Positions 32,881 to 45,560 of a stretch of 64,000 nt of DNA are shown piece by piece. The notes beneath the pieces are model-generated. The model was given only the letters and a program-made list of their open reading frames with translations. It did not search any database and was not told where the DNA came from. Source of the DNA: Paramoeba atlantica (taxonomy: Eukaryota > Protista > Discosea); the NCBI GenBank assembly GCA_977017575.1, contig CDRNVI010000067.1, positions 124,001 through 188,000 on the forward strand. Reading direction: 5' to 3'. Both the position numbers and the translations under genes were made by a program. Position 1 is the stretch's first letter. Every line of letters starts with the position of its first letter.

Positions 32881-33261
32881 AAAAAAAAATCCAAATCATT
32901 CCGGATTGCTCCGAATGGTCACTGGCAAGCCAGACCCTTCACAGACAGATTTGGAAGTTCCGAGGCCAACGTCCTCTACCAGTTTCCGCTTGTCCAAGGC
33001 GGCACCAACGTGCTGTTGCCAACACGTTGCATCGACGAACTGTACGTCAACACGGCTTACCCAAGAGGTGTAAGCCGGGTAAGGGAGCTGGTTCCCTGAG
33101 GGGAGGGTCCGGGACGGTCCTCCGAGTGCTGGGCCTAGTCGGTTCTCAGCCCATTCTCTTAGAATGAGGCTGCCAGGAATAATGTGATGAGCGGGTTTGA
33201 ACTCGCCGTCTGAGCACCACGTGCGTCAAACTTTGAATTCTTGCCACTCCGCCATCTCCGC
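32881..33261 (-). mobile_element. tRNA(Leu-like)-headed Pol III-like SINE/ncRNA, family C copy 2
   Basis: GATGGCGGAGTGGCAAG (A box), GAGTTCAAACCC (B box), a body highly similar to 27750-28018, and a terminal T9. Confidence 0.7.
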
Positions 33262-33467
33262 CCCCCAGGCCAAAGTAATGCACTCCGGTTGGCGAAAGCA
33301 GCCCCTCAGCTTTAGAATGTACAGTTGTAGCCGTACAATGTAGCGTAGCATTAAACAATGTTGGTACATTCGTCTCTTGGAATATGGAAATCTTTACATA
33401 AACTTCTTTACCCCATCTTTCTTCATATCTTTTCATTCTAAATCTTTTTTCCGCTTACATTTCATTC

Positions 33468-34349
33468 ATGCTATCGCCCACCCCGGCAACCCGTCATCCG
33501 CTTCCCTCCGAGCTCTCCCCACTCGATTCCCTATCCCTTTTCATCTCCCACATTACCAATCCGCACCCTACGTGGGTCGCGACTCCTTCCTCGGATCCCC
33601 CGCAACAAATTCCCCCCCTCTGGCACGGCGTTCATTTCGACAAAAACCAAAAGATTCAAAAACTCACCTGGGACGCGTTATCTCTCCAAGGCAACCTTAC
33701 CTGGGGCCACCTCCCCCGCTCCGTCACCGACGTCTTTATCTGGAACAACCACCTCACCGGGTCGTTGCACCTACCCGAGTCCCACCCCCATCTCTGCGAT
33801 GTCCGTATCAGTGACAACGCCCTGGACGGTACCATCGGTCTCGATGCCCTCCCCCTCTCGCTGGCCTGGCTGAACGGCAGCTCCAATGGCCTCACCGGGG
33901 AGGCCTCGTTATGTTTTCTCCCCCCCTCCCTTTGTTATTTAAATCTCACCCATAATCACTTATCCGGACATCTTTATTTAAATCTTTTACCCTTAGGAAT
34001 GGAACATTTGTATTTATCCTTTAACGCCCTCGGGGCCACACTCGATCTCACCGCGCTCCCCGAGAGCCTGCGGTGTCTGCATTTGGACCACAACGCGTTC
34101 TGGGGCCCCATTGTGATTGGCGCCCTGCCGCGGTCCAAGGTGGTGGTGTTCCAGCTGCAGCACAACCACCTCTGGGGACCGGTGGTGTTGTTGAACCCGG
34201 GAGGTTCAAAACAACAACAACAACAAGGAAACCGAAACAGTAAAGGGGGGTTTCCGACAAATTTCAATTTAAAAGTAAATCCCCAGCGGTATGGTCGGAT
34301 TGCGACGGCCCCGGTGGAACGGGATTCGGGATGGTGTGTGGTGGGGTAG
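33468..34349 (+). CDS. LRR-family protein with C-terminal CaaX-like CVVG
   Basis: LRR repeats, YLNLLP and NPQ motifs; ends WCVVG*. Confidence 0.9.
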   Translation: MLSPTPATRHPLPSELSPLDSLSLFISHITNPHPTWVATPSSDPPQQIPPLWHGVHFDKNQKIQKLTWDALSLQGNLTWGHLPRSVTDVFIWNNHLTGSLHLPESHPHLCDVRISDNALDGTIGLDALPLSLAWLNGSSNGLTGEASLCFLPPSLCYLNLTHNHLSGHLYLNLLPLGMEHLYLSFNALGATLDLTALPESLRCLHLDHNAFWGPIVIGALPRSKVVVFQLQHNHLWGPVVLLNPGGSKQQQQQGNRNSKGGFPTNFNLKVNPQRYGRIATAPVERDSGWCVVG

Positions 34350-35259
34350 AGGGGAGGGAAAGGGGTGAAGGGGTAAAATTCTCCAGCTCCAGGTAGTGTG
34401 GGTCGTTAGTCCACAGGTACACTATATACAGTAAGTCTCCGTACGGGAACATACATCCATACCTAGGACTACCAATAGGAGAGTAGGGAGGGGAAGATCC
34501 TCAGAGGAATGGGGAAGTTGTGACGCAAATGTATTTGTTTCGATTGTAGACCTCCTTTGTTCGTTTCCTCATGACTCGTTTGATACGTTTGAGGGACATA
34601 TTTTCAATGAAAATAATTTGAATGAAATGAGAGTATTCCGGCTAAATGGTTCGTTTAAAAATTAAAATCTAATAGTTCATGAAAAAAAGAATTCATATTC
34701 CCGGGCACAGGAAGGTGGTAATTACCACCCATTATGCATTATTATGCATATGGTAATTACCACATCACCATATCCAGTGTACCGGTGAAGCTTTAATTAA
34801 TAATAACATTAATTGACGTAATTTCTGACGAGAAAAAAATGTTTACGTTAATTAATGCTACGTTAATTAAAGTTACATTAATTTATGTTTTTGTGGCGCG
34901 ATAGTAAAAGATTTAGCTCTACAAAAAAAATTGAAGTTTACTATTTTTAAGCCCACACAATTGAACGAAGTTTGCGCACTTCTCCAAAATTCCACCTAAA
35001 GCGAAATACTCCACCCCCTATGGCTGTAGTTTCCAAGGGCAACGGGTCGTGTTCTTGAGGCATCTGCTAGAAATTAAAAACATGAAATTATTAGTTATTT
35101 TTCGCCATTTTTTGACCAAAATAAATTATTGCGTAATTATTGCGTAATTATTGTGTAATTAATGCTACGTTAATAAGAAAACGTACATTTTTTAGTACGT
35201 TAAAAAGTGTGTCACCGGTAAGTTAATTTTGCTCAAACATTATTTAATAAAATTCAAAA

Positions 35260-36088
35260 ATGAAGACAATTCCTTCGCTATCGTTTTCTGTTACTTTATC
35301 AGATACTCCCGTCTCGCCCGTAAGCGCACAGCAGAAAAATATTAGCTGTAACTCACCAGACGAATCAGCTAAGAGTGTACCTAACGCGGTGTCTACTCGC
35401 GCTGCAAACGTACGGGGAGTTGCTCCCCCAGGAATGTGAATTATCACGATTTATTCAGAATACGGCAGGCGGCCATCATCTCTGGACGACCGCCACCCCG
35501 GCCTGTAAATGGAGAGATGTCCTTTGCGATAAAAAATCAAACGTGATTGGATTGGACTGGTTTGGGTACGACCTGCACGGCCCACTCCAATGGAATTGGC
35601 TGCCCCACACCGTGCAGCGTTGCAATGTCGAAAATTGTTTGCTTTCAGGGTCTGTCGAACTGAACGAGTTGCCTACTCAAGTCGTAGAAGTGAATGTCGC
35701 GTGTAATAAATTTACAGGGGCAATAGATTTGACACGCTTACCGAATACACTTCAGAGTCTAAAACTGAACAGCAACTTGTTTGAGGGTAGTGTAGACTTG
35801 TCTCATTTGCCACAGTTTTTGAAAACTTTGAATCTTTCTCGTAATAAGCTTTCGGGAACGCTGGACTTACGCGGATTGCCTCGAAGGATAGAAACGGTAA
35901 ATCTATCGAGTAACCAGTTCACAGGATCTCTTGACTTTGGGAATTTACCTTCATATTTATGCCATTTATGCTCACTGTGCCTGAAAGAGAACAAAGACCT
36001 TTGTGTTGAGGTCAACATGTTGAAGATGTCCAAGATTTTCCCAAATCTAGCAGTCGACGTGGGATATACAAGGATAAAAGGCACGTAG
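35260..36088 (+). pseudogene. LRR gene with a frameshift at or near a C5 run (~35425); could be a sequencing error
   Basis: ATG at 35260 reads MKTIPS...STRAANVRGV, the family cap motif. LPQECEL and the LRR core (ORF 35375-36088) are in another frame. Confidence 0.75.
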
Positions 36089-36493
36089 CCTTGACTTGTG
36101 CGACATATCGGCATATCTAATTTGGCTAAAGCATGTTTTGCACGTTATACACTTGATGGACTGTGGGTGTGATTTCGCGTGATCTCGTTTTGGAACCCAC
36201 CTACAGTCCTCATTGTAGCATGTCCTCATTGTATACTTGTGGACCCTCTTGGTACTCCCAGGAGATGTCCAACAACTTGTAAATTTTATTCGGGTAACTA
36301 GAAAGAATATCCATTAACCAAAAAAAAAAACATAAACACACTGGGTCAACCGGTGAAAATGCATCCTAAAAATCGACCTTTCTAAAGTCGTTTCGAACCC
36401 GAAACGAATGTCATTTTTCTGTCATTTCTCTTCCTTTTCGGATTCCGTTTTCACTATTCTCACCCCACCCCCACACCCTACTACCCCATTCCC

Positions 36494-37588
36494 ATGCTCC
36501 CCTCTCCACCCTACACCGCCACCTCCCCTTCACGCCCCTCACCCTCTTCACCCCCAGCCCTCCCCTTCGAGTACCAACTTGCTCTCTTTGTCCAACACCT
36601 CCACAATCCACACCCCTCCTGGGGCATAATACCCCACACGCCAAAATCTTCCACCCTCTCACAAGGAGCGCAAAACAAAACCAAGAAGTCGTTAACCAAC
36701 ACTTCCACGACTTCTTCATCTTTTACTTCTGATTTATCACCCCTGTCTTCTTCTTCCTCAGAAGTAGGTGAAGAGAAAAACAGGACATCATCTTCCTTTT
36801 CAGAAGTAGGTGAACAGAAAAAGCCGAAATCCTCCTTCTCTTTTTCGCCCTCTTCCGCACTGGAAGATACCAAGAGGAATGCATCCCCCTCTTCTTTATT
36901 CCCCTCTTACCCCTCCCCCCTCCCCCTGTGGCAGGGCGTCACCCTGGACGGGACCGGGGCCCCGATGGACCTCCACTGGGGGGATGCCGCGCTCCGGGGC
37001 AACCTCTCCTGGCCCCACCTCCCCCGCAGCGTCTGCACCGTGAAGGCGTGGAACAACGCGCTCACCGGGGGGGTGGGGGACATCCCCCCCGCCCACCCCG
37101 TGCTCCAGGTCGTGGACCTGCGGCAGAACGCGCTCACCGGGGGGGTGGGGCTGCGGGAGCTCCCGGGGTCGCTGAAACGACTCGCGCTGCGACGGAACCG
37201 GTTGGTCGGGGCGTGCGACCTGGAGTTCCTCCCGCTCGCGATGCGGTTGTTGGATCTCGGGGAGAATGGGCTGGAGGGGGGGATTTATTTACATCTGCTT
37301 CCCCCGACAATGAAGTTTTTGTATTTGGATAATAATGGGTTGGGGGCGACGTTGCATTTGACGGGATTGCCGCCCTCGTTGAAGTATTTGTATTTGAACC
37401 ATAACCGGTTTATGGGACGACCGGATTTGTCACGGTTGCCTACAAATTTGGAACTTCATTTGGAGCATAATTACTTGTCTGGAGTGGTTTTCACAACAAC
37501 TCTTCATCCAGGGGTGCTGATCAACCCGCAGAAAGGAGGGGAAGTGGTGTTGCCTGAAAAGAAGACCAGGAGCTGTGTGGTATCCTAA
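36494..37588 (+). CDS. LRR-family protein with Ser-rich insert and CaaX CVVS
   Basis: ~80-aa low-complexity insert in the N-cap, LRR core; ends RSCVVS*. Confidence 0.9.
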   Translation: MLPSPPYTATSPSRPSPSSPPALPFEYQLALFVQHLHNPHPSWGIIPHTPKSSTLSQGAQNKTKKSLTNTSTTSSSFTSDLSPLSSSSSEVGEEKNRTSSSFSEVGEQKKPKSSFSFSPSSALEDTKRNASPSSLFPSYPSPLPLWQGVTLDGTGAPMDLHWGDAALRGNLSWPHLPRSVCTVKAWNNALTGGVGDIPPAHPVLQVVDLRQNALTGGVGLRELPGSLKRLALRRNRLVGACDLEFLPLAMRLLDLGENGLEGGIYLHLLPPTMKFLYLDNNGLGATLHLTGLPPSLKYLYLNHNRFMGRPDLSRLPTNLELHLEHNYLSGVVFTTTLHPGVLINPQKGGEVVLPEKKTRSCVVS

Positions 37589-38110
37589 AAAGTGGCTCAC
37601 TGATTATTTTTATGTTTAGCCTATTGGGGATGATGTTTTTTAGTCGGGCGCTCAATTCTGAAGAAAAAGAACCCGGTTTTGCAAATGCTGCGTTGGACTT
37701 TCCTAAGCAAACGATCTTTAGTGTTTCGTTCTGCTTGAAATTTCCACCATGTAAGCACTCACATAGTAGTACGATCTACAAACATGGACGTATACCACAT
37801 GCAACACTGCTCAGCTCAGACACATTCTATTTAAGTCTTTCAGTCTTAGTGAGAATTGACGTCAAGGATCTTGCACGCCTTGTGTAGGTATTACACGGCG
37901 TATGTCTTGTATCCGAAGAGTCTTCACAGGCTCGGCGATTAGTCTGTTTTTGTACATAAAAATGATAAACAAACATATCAGTGATGACATGTAACACGAT
38001 TTTTCAGGCACAAAAATGATCCAATCTTCAATGTCAGAGTTCTGCCATTTTATTGAGTAACACATTTCTTTTATTCCGTTCCCAACGGGCACATGCTTAT
38101 GTGACTCAAA

Positions 38111-38959
38111 ATGAAACAAAATATTAACAAGCTGCAGTACTTTAAATCCAGCTATAGTGGCGCTTCTCAGACAGTTACCGATTCCCCCGAACACAAGCTA
38201 CTTTGCTTTATACAAAACGTACATAATCCGGACACTACTTGGACTCATCTCACATTTCCTCAACGAGAAGAGACATCGAAAAGACTCTCTCGATGGAAAG
38301 GAGTGGCATGTGATGAGGAAGGAGAGGTCGTGCTTATTGCATGGGGAAACATCTCCCTTTCGGGAAACCTCTCCTGGACGTACTTCCCAAGCTCGGTTCG
38401 TTATTTATACCTTAGAGACAACAGATTGGGTGGATTAATTGAATTCCCCGCACAATCTTTGTATTTAGAAATTGCAGAGCTTCAAAACAATCAGTTTGCT
38501 CAATCGCTTGCGTTGAATGAATTATCTGATTCCTTGACTCGATTGGATGTCAGTGTAAATCGTCTCGATGGTGAGTGCACGTTGCACTACTTGCCCTCCA
38601 GCCTTGAAAGTCTCAACCTTTCTCATAACTTGTTTACAGGAGGCGTATACCTCAATTTACTTCCGATTCCTTTAGGAGAACTTTTTCTCTCGTACAATGC
38701 ATTAGGTTGTTCGTTAGATTTACTCCATCTGCCTCCCTTCCTGGAGCGACTTCATCTCAATGACAATTCTTTTATTGGCAAACCAAATGTCTCGGAATTG
38801 CCTACGACGCTGACCGAATTGCGAATGGAACGTAATTTTCTGTGGGGTCCGATTTTTATCTCCGACTTGAGACTGAACTTTACGATTAACCCGCAAGCAG
38901 GGGTATGCACACACGTAGAGCTTCGACGCACGGAGAGGAAATCTTGTAAGGTATCATAA
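38111..38959 (+). CDS. LRR-family protein with CaaX-like CKVS
   Basis: LRR core, YLNLLP and NPQ; ends RKSCKVS*. Confidence 0.92.
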   Translation: MKQNINKLQYFKSSYSGASQTVTDSPEHKLLCFIQNVHNPDTTWTHLTFPQREETSKRLSRWKGVACDEEGEVVLIAWGNISLSGNLSWTYFPSSVRYLYLRDNRLGGLIEFPAQSLYLEIAELQNNQFAQSLALNELSDSLTRLDVSVNRLDGECTLHYLPSSLESLNLSHNLFTGGVYLNLLPIPLGELFLSYNALGCSLDLLHLPPFLERLHLNDNSFIGKPNVSELPTTLTELRMERNFLWGPIFISDLRLNFTINPQAGVCTHVELRRTERKSCKVS

Positions 38960-40104
38960 GAATAGCGTGATAAGGATCACTCCATGACAGTATCACAAAA
39001 ATAGCGATTCAATGCAGAAACTGTTTTCTGGTCAGCGCTCCCCTCCTTTGGTACAGTTTCTTTTAACTGGCATGACTTATGACCATAGTTCTCTGGTCTT
39101 TTCTTGGAATAGCTCAAGCAAAAGCACCTAAACGAAACAAGAAAAATCAGCTAAACAAACGAATAATTCTCACCAATTTTCTAATTCTCACCGCATATCA
39201 ATTGTGCAGCATCCATTACATTAAGTCACTACCATGTTATTGAGGTCCACCACAAGCAAACCGAATTCCAACGGCGTTCCAAGAGGCCGAGCGAAGATTG
39301 AAGAAACAGAAAGCGCGACAAGATTTCTGCATTGAAACGTCAACCTTTATTTCTTTCCTTAATCTAATCGCCCAAGAGAGAATACATATGTTTCCGTAAA
39401 TTTATTGTGAATATTTGTCTTAATTTTTGACCCAAAATGAGCGGAACGGGGTTGTAGAGGGGTGACTCCTATCCAGACGCTTCTGGGCGCTTCTAACATC
39501 TATGGAGTTCGGACTTGGTAATTTGGGGTTAAGCAACCTAAACACCCGTATGGGGGACATTTTCTAAAAGCTTGTCCCTGGAGGTGGTAGATTGTCCCGC
39601 GGCTATCATTTTAGTAGGGTATATCTAGCAAGTTCGGCACACATTCATGTGGAGTGTAACACAGGGTACACATGTGTGTGGAGTGTAAAAAGTGTATACA
39701 AGTAGTACAAGTGTAAGTCTTATTCTGCTATTTCATCTATTTTCTTTGAATACACGTGCCTCCTGTGATTGTGCAGTAGACTAATACTTTTTTTTTCTTT
39801 TTGCTCTTCTGTCGATGTGCCTCTCTCTGGTGTGTCATTTTGGATTTAATTTCGCCCTTCGTCAATTTTTCATAGGTTTCTGCTTTCTTTTTCCCCTTTT
39901 TAGAACATTTCCCGATTTTTGTAACACCTTTTACTTTAATATCTCTTTAACCTCTTCTCGATACTCCTTGATACTCCTCGTTACTCGCCCTGTCATCCGC
40001 AAAGGCGCATGTGTCGCTCGCGACATCTACCCCTTTACTAATGGAGATTCAGATGATAAAATTTCAACTGAATCGACGTAGAGGCTTCGTTTGCCAACTT
40101 CTCA

Positions 40105-40482
40105 TCACACACATTCTGCATTCCAAAGTACCGTCAAAGTACTTATTAACAATAATAATAACAAGTAAGTCCTTTTTTCATCATCGGTGAATATGAATGG
40201 CCTACCTCGTTTATGAGGCGTGGTTAGATTTTTTAGTTCATAGCAGTGCTGTAGGATGACCTTTTTCTCATGGGTTGAGTTCCATAGGCGAATGCTACCA
40301 GTCACTGTGCGACCATTCGTAAGACGTTGAAATTCTTCAATTTCTTCAGCATTCCACGTTTTTCTAGTCTTTTTTTCCGTGCCGTTCCTATCGGACTCGT
40401 GGGCCTCCACAATCTCAATGACATGTCGGGGGCCACAAAAAGAAGACTCCATGAGGGTTGGCTGGGCGGGTGCCATTGCCAA
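40105..40482 (-). pseudogene. pogo-like transposase N-terminal remnant
   Basis: RKTWNAEE HTH-like start and KRGRPFIFTDDE, similar to the RGRRGLLTGKE region of the 7291 ORF. Confidence 0.4.
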
Positions 40483-40663
40483 AAATTATTGAGGAGATTT
40501 CGGCGAAAATCTGGAAAAAAAATAATTATTCCGTTAATTGTTATTCCGTTACTGTCCCCCCCTACTTATAGTGCCGTTTTGAAAAAAAAATTGTCCGAAA
40601 AAAAATGACCAATTTTTTTGACCAAAAGGTAGAGTAAATATTGTGGAAATTTCTAATATATTC

Positions 40664-41867
40664 GAGGGGCTGCGGGTGTGCATCACCGAACCCGCACCGA
40701 ACCCGCACCGAACCCGCGCTTTGCATTTGAGGTCGAACGAGGTCTATTTTAGACCCAAAAAATGGATTGTACACAAACAAAGTAGCTTAAAGTGAAGTTT
40801 TTTTAGTTTGCTACCGTACATAGCCGCCTTACTGTGAAAATACGGTGTACGCTGTATACGGTGCTGTATACGAACGGTGTATGCATTACACAAATCAAAT
40901 GTACAATTAATATACCCTCCACAATACATGCATAATTCTTTTACATTATCCTCCTTTTTATATGATGAGCCCTGTTGAGAGCAACGCAGATTTCACTTCA
41001 CGTATGAAGGTAACATCTGCGAGGGATGATGACGTATACGACGTCATTGTCGCATCGCTTATGCGCACCTTCACGAAGCGCAAAACTCCTTTCGCCCCCC
41101 CAGCGCTCGTTATCACTGAGGAGGAGTTGGGAGCCAAGGTGGAAGAATGCATAAGGCGCGTATCGCGCACGATGGACAGCTACTTACATGCCACACGTGG
41201 ATTGCAACCACTGTTTTGTTCCATTCAAGGCACCACGCAAAGGTTGCCTTGATGAACACCAGGATCGGTTCAACCGCATGAATTCTTGGATTCGTTCAAG
41301 AATCGAGCGTTGTTTCGCTCATTTCGATAAATTTCGTTTTTGTCATGGAACGGATCACGATATTACGTGGGTAAAGGATGCCGTTCAGATTGTATCTGTT
41401 GCAGTGTATGGTTTGCTTGCATCAGAACCCCAGTACGACTTTGACAGTGAAATAAATGTACACTTACAAAATATCGATGACTCATCTTTTTGTTGGTGTA
41501 GCAAAGGGTGTGGTTTAGTCAAACCGATTGATGAACGGAGGGATTGGCTCAAAGAACACATATACGATGTGGGATATGTTCCCAAGAAACCACAGCATGG
41601 ATCAAAAACTAAATAAAATTAAGTATCTAGTCGTTTTCCATGAATTGCGAAATGTAAACTACGTAGTCATATCGTATACATGGCTTATAAATTTTTGTTA
41701 TTATCGTATATTATGTACACTATGTATGTCGCACATTATGATTTCTCCTTCGATCTAACTATTTTTCTCCTTCAATGTCTGCAGCTCCGACTAATTTCGC
41801 ATGCTTTCAGAGGATTTTTTTTCAACCCGCGCCGAACCCGCACCGAACCCGCGACCCGCAGCCCCTC
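40664..41867 (+). mobile_element. PIF/Harbinger (IS5-like, DDE_Tnp_4) internally deleted element
   Basis: 14-bp TIRs gaggggctgcgggt, with ccgaacccgc repeats at both ends. Coding remnant VPFKAP...L..HQDRFNRMNSWIRSRIERCFAHF. Confidence 0.75.
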
Positions 41868-42114
41868 AGGTATGTAGTTTAAAAAAGGAGAATACCTAGT
41901 AAATGTTTTTTAGCTAGTAAAGTTCTACCTAGTAAAAGGTTTTTTTGATGGACGACTTCTAAAGCAAATTTAGGCAAATTCAGGAAAATTTAGAAAGGTT
42001 TCAGCCCTCTAAACCTCCTTCTGGGAGTGGGTAAAAAGGTTTCCAAACACTCAAGTCAACAAATGGCAAAGAAAACTTGAGTCGTCAAAAAACATTTGAA
42101 GATCTACATGGCAC

Positions 42115-42225
42115 CCGCACACTGATAACGCATAAAACTCGCACACTAATATTGCATAATGCACACTGATAATGCATATAAGCACACTGATAATGCATAT
42201 AGGCACACTGATAATGCATAAAACT
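42115..42225. repeat. 21-bp minisatellite (cacactgataatgcatata.g)
   Basis: 3-5 degenerate units. Confidence 0.8.
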
Positions 42226-43439
42226 CACTGTCCCCCTTCCACCGCCAGTCCTCGTAACTTTCTGGCGAATAACAACTTTTTCCTCTGTCTCACGTTTAGA
42301 CGCGGATGAGGCTTTCACTGCACGCTGACTTTTTGCGTTTCGTTTTGCAAACTGCTGAGCAGTGGTTTGCGAATTTAAGGACTTTCTTCTCTTTACGTCA
42401 GGTTCGCCTACTTTCTTTCTAGGCGTAGACAATGCGAGAGAGAGAGAGAGAGCGCCAGAGAAGCTTTAACAAAGAGCGGGAGGCAATTTTAAGGAAAATG
42501 CACCTTAAATTGCTCCAAGAAATTAATGGTAAGCACGCAGTGACGAAGGTATTTGTCTTTTCCGTTACGGAAACATACGGAAAACAGCTTGTCATTTCGA
42601 AATTTGTTCATGAATTAATGTTTCACAAATTTTTCTATTAGGGTATCTTTATTTCACAATTTTTTACAACCACTATACCCTATACACAGCAGTGGAGTAG
42701 AAACTCCATTTACAGCGCTTAGGCACACAAAACCACATGATAGAAAGAATTGCGCCGCGAGGCGGCACGCTTTTTTTTTAAGGTGGAAAAAGTTTCACCC
42801 TCGACTTGAAACATACTACCCCCCTCCCCCCCACTTATAGTTTGGTCAAAAACCGCGGCACTATAAGTAGGGGGGCACAGTAATTTTTATTCCAATGATT
42901 TTTATTCCGTTAATAAGTACTTTGACGGTAAGCCAAATGCAGATTTAACAAAATCAATTTTGTGTTGATTATAAAGTAAAATTTTGCGTTGATCAATGGA
43001 AGCTAAAAACTTTTCTACACGGTTTCTGACACGTCGAAACTCCCTATCAAAATCTTCATCAATATCACTACCCTTTTCTTGACAAAAACAGTGCCGAACG
43101 CTGATGAAGGATTTGTCAGCCCTCATCATTTCATCCCGTTGTTCAAAAATTGGAATTTCAAGGCATATCACTATTCAAGGCACCCACTATCATGAATGCT
43201 CCCGTAAAAAGGTCCATTCCACGCCAATGGACAGCCGTCCATCATTATCAGCACCTGAAATGTCCAGCATTTCCCTCTAGTTTTATGGTTGTATAATTCT
43301 TTGGGCCCTCTACTATGCATAGGAACCCCATCTAGAATACTAAAACACATAATGAAGTTCGGTTCGAGGATCTAGAAACGCCGCTCTGCGTTCGCGGATA
43401 CTGAAAAAATGTAAAATCATATGCCAAAAATTAAAAAAT

Positions 43440-44313
43440 GATGCAACAAATGTCTTTTTCAAATAACGATTTGCAAGCGCTTGGAGACACTCTTTATAGT
43501 CTTCTCGTGAGTACTTTTGAGATCAGTTTGAAGCGCCTCGTATGCACTCTCGATACAAGAGCGGAGATCACCGCGATTACGAGGTCGCAAGCGATCCTTG
43601 CGCTGATCCATGATATTCCATAAGTTTTCGATGGGGTTGAGATCCGGTGACTTTGCAGGCCAGGGGAACGTTCGCACGTTTTGCTGCTGAAAAGTACGCC
43701 TTGCCGAGTTGTGCGCAGGGCAATTGTCCACATCAACAACTGCAGGGTGCCTGTGCAGGTAGTTCAAAAGACCATTGGAATTGGTTCTTTGGTCATGGCA
43801 GCTTCAAAAACGGCTCCGGTCACAGTCGCTCTATTTCCCTGCTCATCTCTAGTAGGAAAAATGTGGAGATGAAATCCATGCTTTATGCTTCCAGCCCACC
43901 CACGTATGCTTACCCTCTTCGTCATCTGATTCTTCCTTCCCCTCTTCCGTAAAAGAAGAAAACAGTTCTCGACGACGTACCCATGCCATAGCCTTATTTG
44001 GGAATCCATAAGAGCGTCTTTCGTGATTCCAACCCTTTCTCAGGCTTTGACTGTAGCCCTCTTTTGGTTTATCGTATCCATAAACTTGTACGTGCTTACG
44101 ATACTCTCTAACCCCTGCTCCTTTGATATTTACACACCCAAACCCTTTGCACCACCAATATTTTCTGCGCAAGATCTTTTCTGATGACAGTAATGGAGAA
44201 GGCGCATTGTGCGCTCGCGCAGAAAGTGGGTCTTTAGACGATTGAATACCCCGACGTCGCACGGTTGGAGGACACTGGTACATTTCGCTGGAATAAATTA
44301 TATTCGTAGCCAA
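43440..44313 (-). pseudogene. Tc1/mariner (DDE_3) transposase remnant
   Basis: DNCPAH...FPWPAKSPDLNPIENLWNIM; upstream pieces are frameshifted. Confidence 0.85.
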
Positions 44314-45560
44314 GAAAATCTCTCTGCGTGCTTACACTCTGACCAAAATTCATTCCGGGTAAGAGCAGAAACGTGTACTCTACAGCAAACGAGGAGCAAA
44401 ATTAAAGATTCGTCACCAGTAAGTTGCAGACTGTTATGCATTGTCTCGTAATACGAATGAAGAATTTTGTTAATATACTCCTTCAAGGTATCCGTGCAAA
44501 TTTAGTGGCTCTTAGTTTGGTATTGTACAACTTCGGGACAAGAACGGGCATGTGCTCGCGTAGATGCTTCGAGTCCGTTCCATACTACAAAGGGATGTAA
44601 AAGACCACCGGAGAGACATGCTGCAGCCACCAAAGTACAACTCCGCTTGTCACCCTTTGAAAAGTTGCTCGCCGCAGTTCCACGAAGAGGAACCCCGCGC
44701 TCCAAAAGCCCATTGTAACAAAGTCCCGTCTCATCCATGTTGATAGTTCGCCAATCACAGTACCATTCCATTCGGAATGCACTAGATAGCAAACGCGAAG
44801 CATTATGTCGCGTCCGCGATCCGTGAAGTTGCTTGGCAAAAGTGACTCAGGTGTAGACTTGAAGGATTTAAAACTGACAAGGGCATTTAGCCATCGGACA
44901 AATATGTGATATGACGGAATGAAAATTTCGTCATCTTTTTGCAGTGCCTTTTCTTTCACTCTACCGTCTTGAGCGTCCATCGTGCGTTGGGTAAACTCCA
45001 TCGCCAGTATTCCGGAAATTCGCTCTCAATTACTCCATGAAGGTGTGTCCGATTGGCGCCACAAAAAAAGAGGAGACCATTTTCGTGGTGCTTTGCAATC
45101 AGCACCAAAGGTTCACCCAGAATGATGTAGTCCAAAGGGACTTCACATCATGCCCGGGTAGGACCAGTGGCTATTATTTTCCAATTGCGACTTCTGTTTT
45201 TCCATCCATTCTACACAGAGCATAATCACTGCCACTTCCAAACGATCAATACTTGCTTTTCGAAGAAGGGCAGTGAACTGCTTTAGCGGCACCTTCAAGG
45301 TAGGCGCTGCAGAAGGGGTAGCCCCGGCTACCCCTTCTGCAGTTTTTTCCTGCGAGTAGCAGGTCTTCCTTTCTTTAATATTGTAGAAACTGTAGAGGTG
45401 CTTAGGTTGACAGCAATAAAAAAAGGAACTAATGGAAACCCCGCTATCGTAAACAGAATGCTTTTGTACAAACCATGTAAACAAAACGCTATGTATACAA
45501 AATACTAACCTTGTTTTTGGTGGCCAGCTGGCCACTCTTGCACAACATGACCAGCTGTAA
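44314..45560 (-). pseudogene. pogo-like DDE_1 transposase remnant
   Basis: INMDETGL and IPSYHIFVRW motifs in broken frames. Confidence 0.7.

Larger units (their letters stand above)
40552..42880. mobile_element. Tc1/pogo-type non-autonomous element with TA TSD, hosting nested inserts
   Basis: TA|ctgtccccccctacttatagtgccg ... cggcactataagtaggggggcacag|TA. Confidence 0.75.

Noticed and set aside
34700-35220. hAT-like non-autonomous element (cagtgtaccggtga / tcaccggta, AT-rich repeats; ggtaattaccac motifs also at 55060-55110)
   Set aside because: The right end is incomplete and there is no TSD; boundaries cannot be supported.
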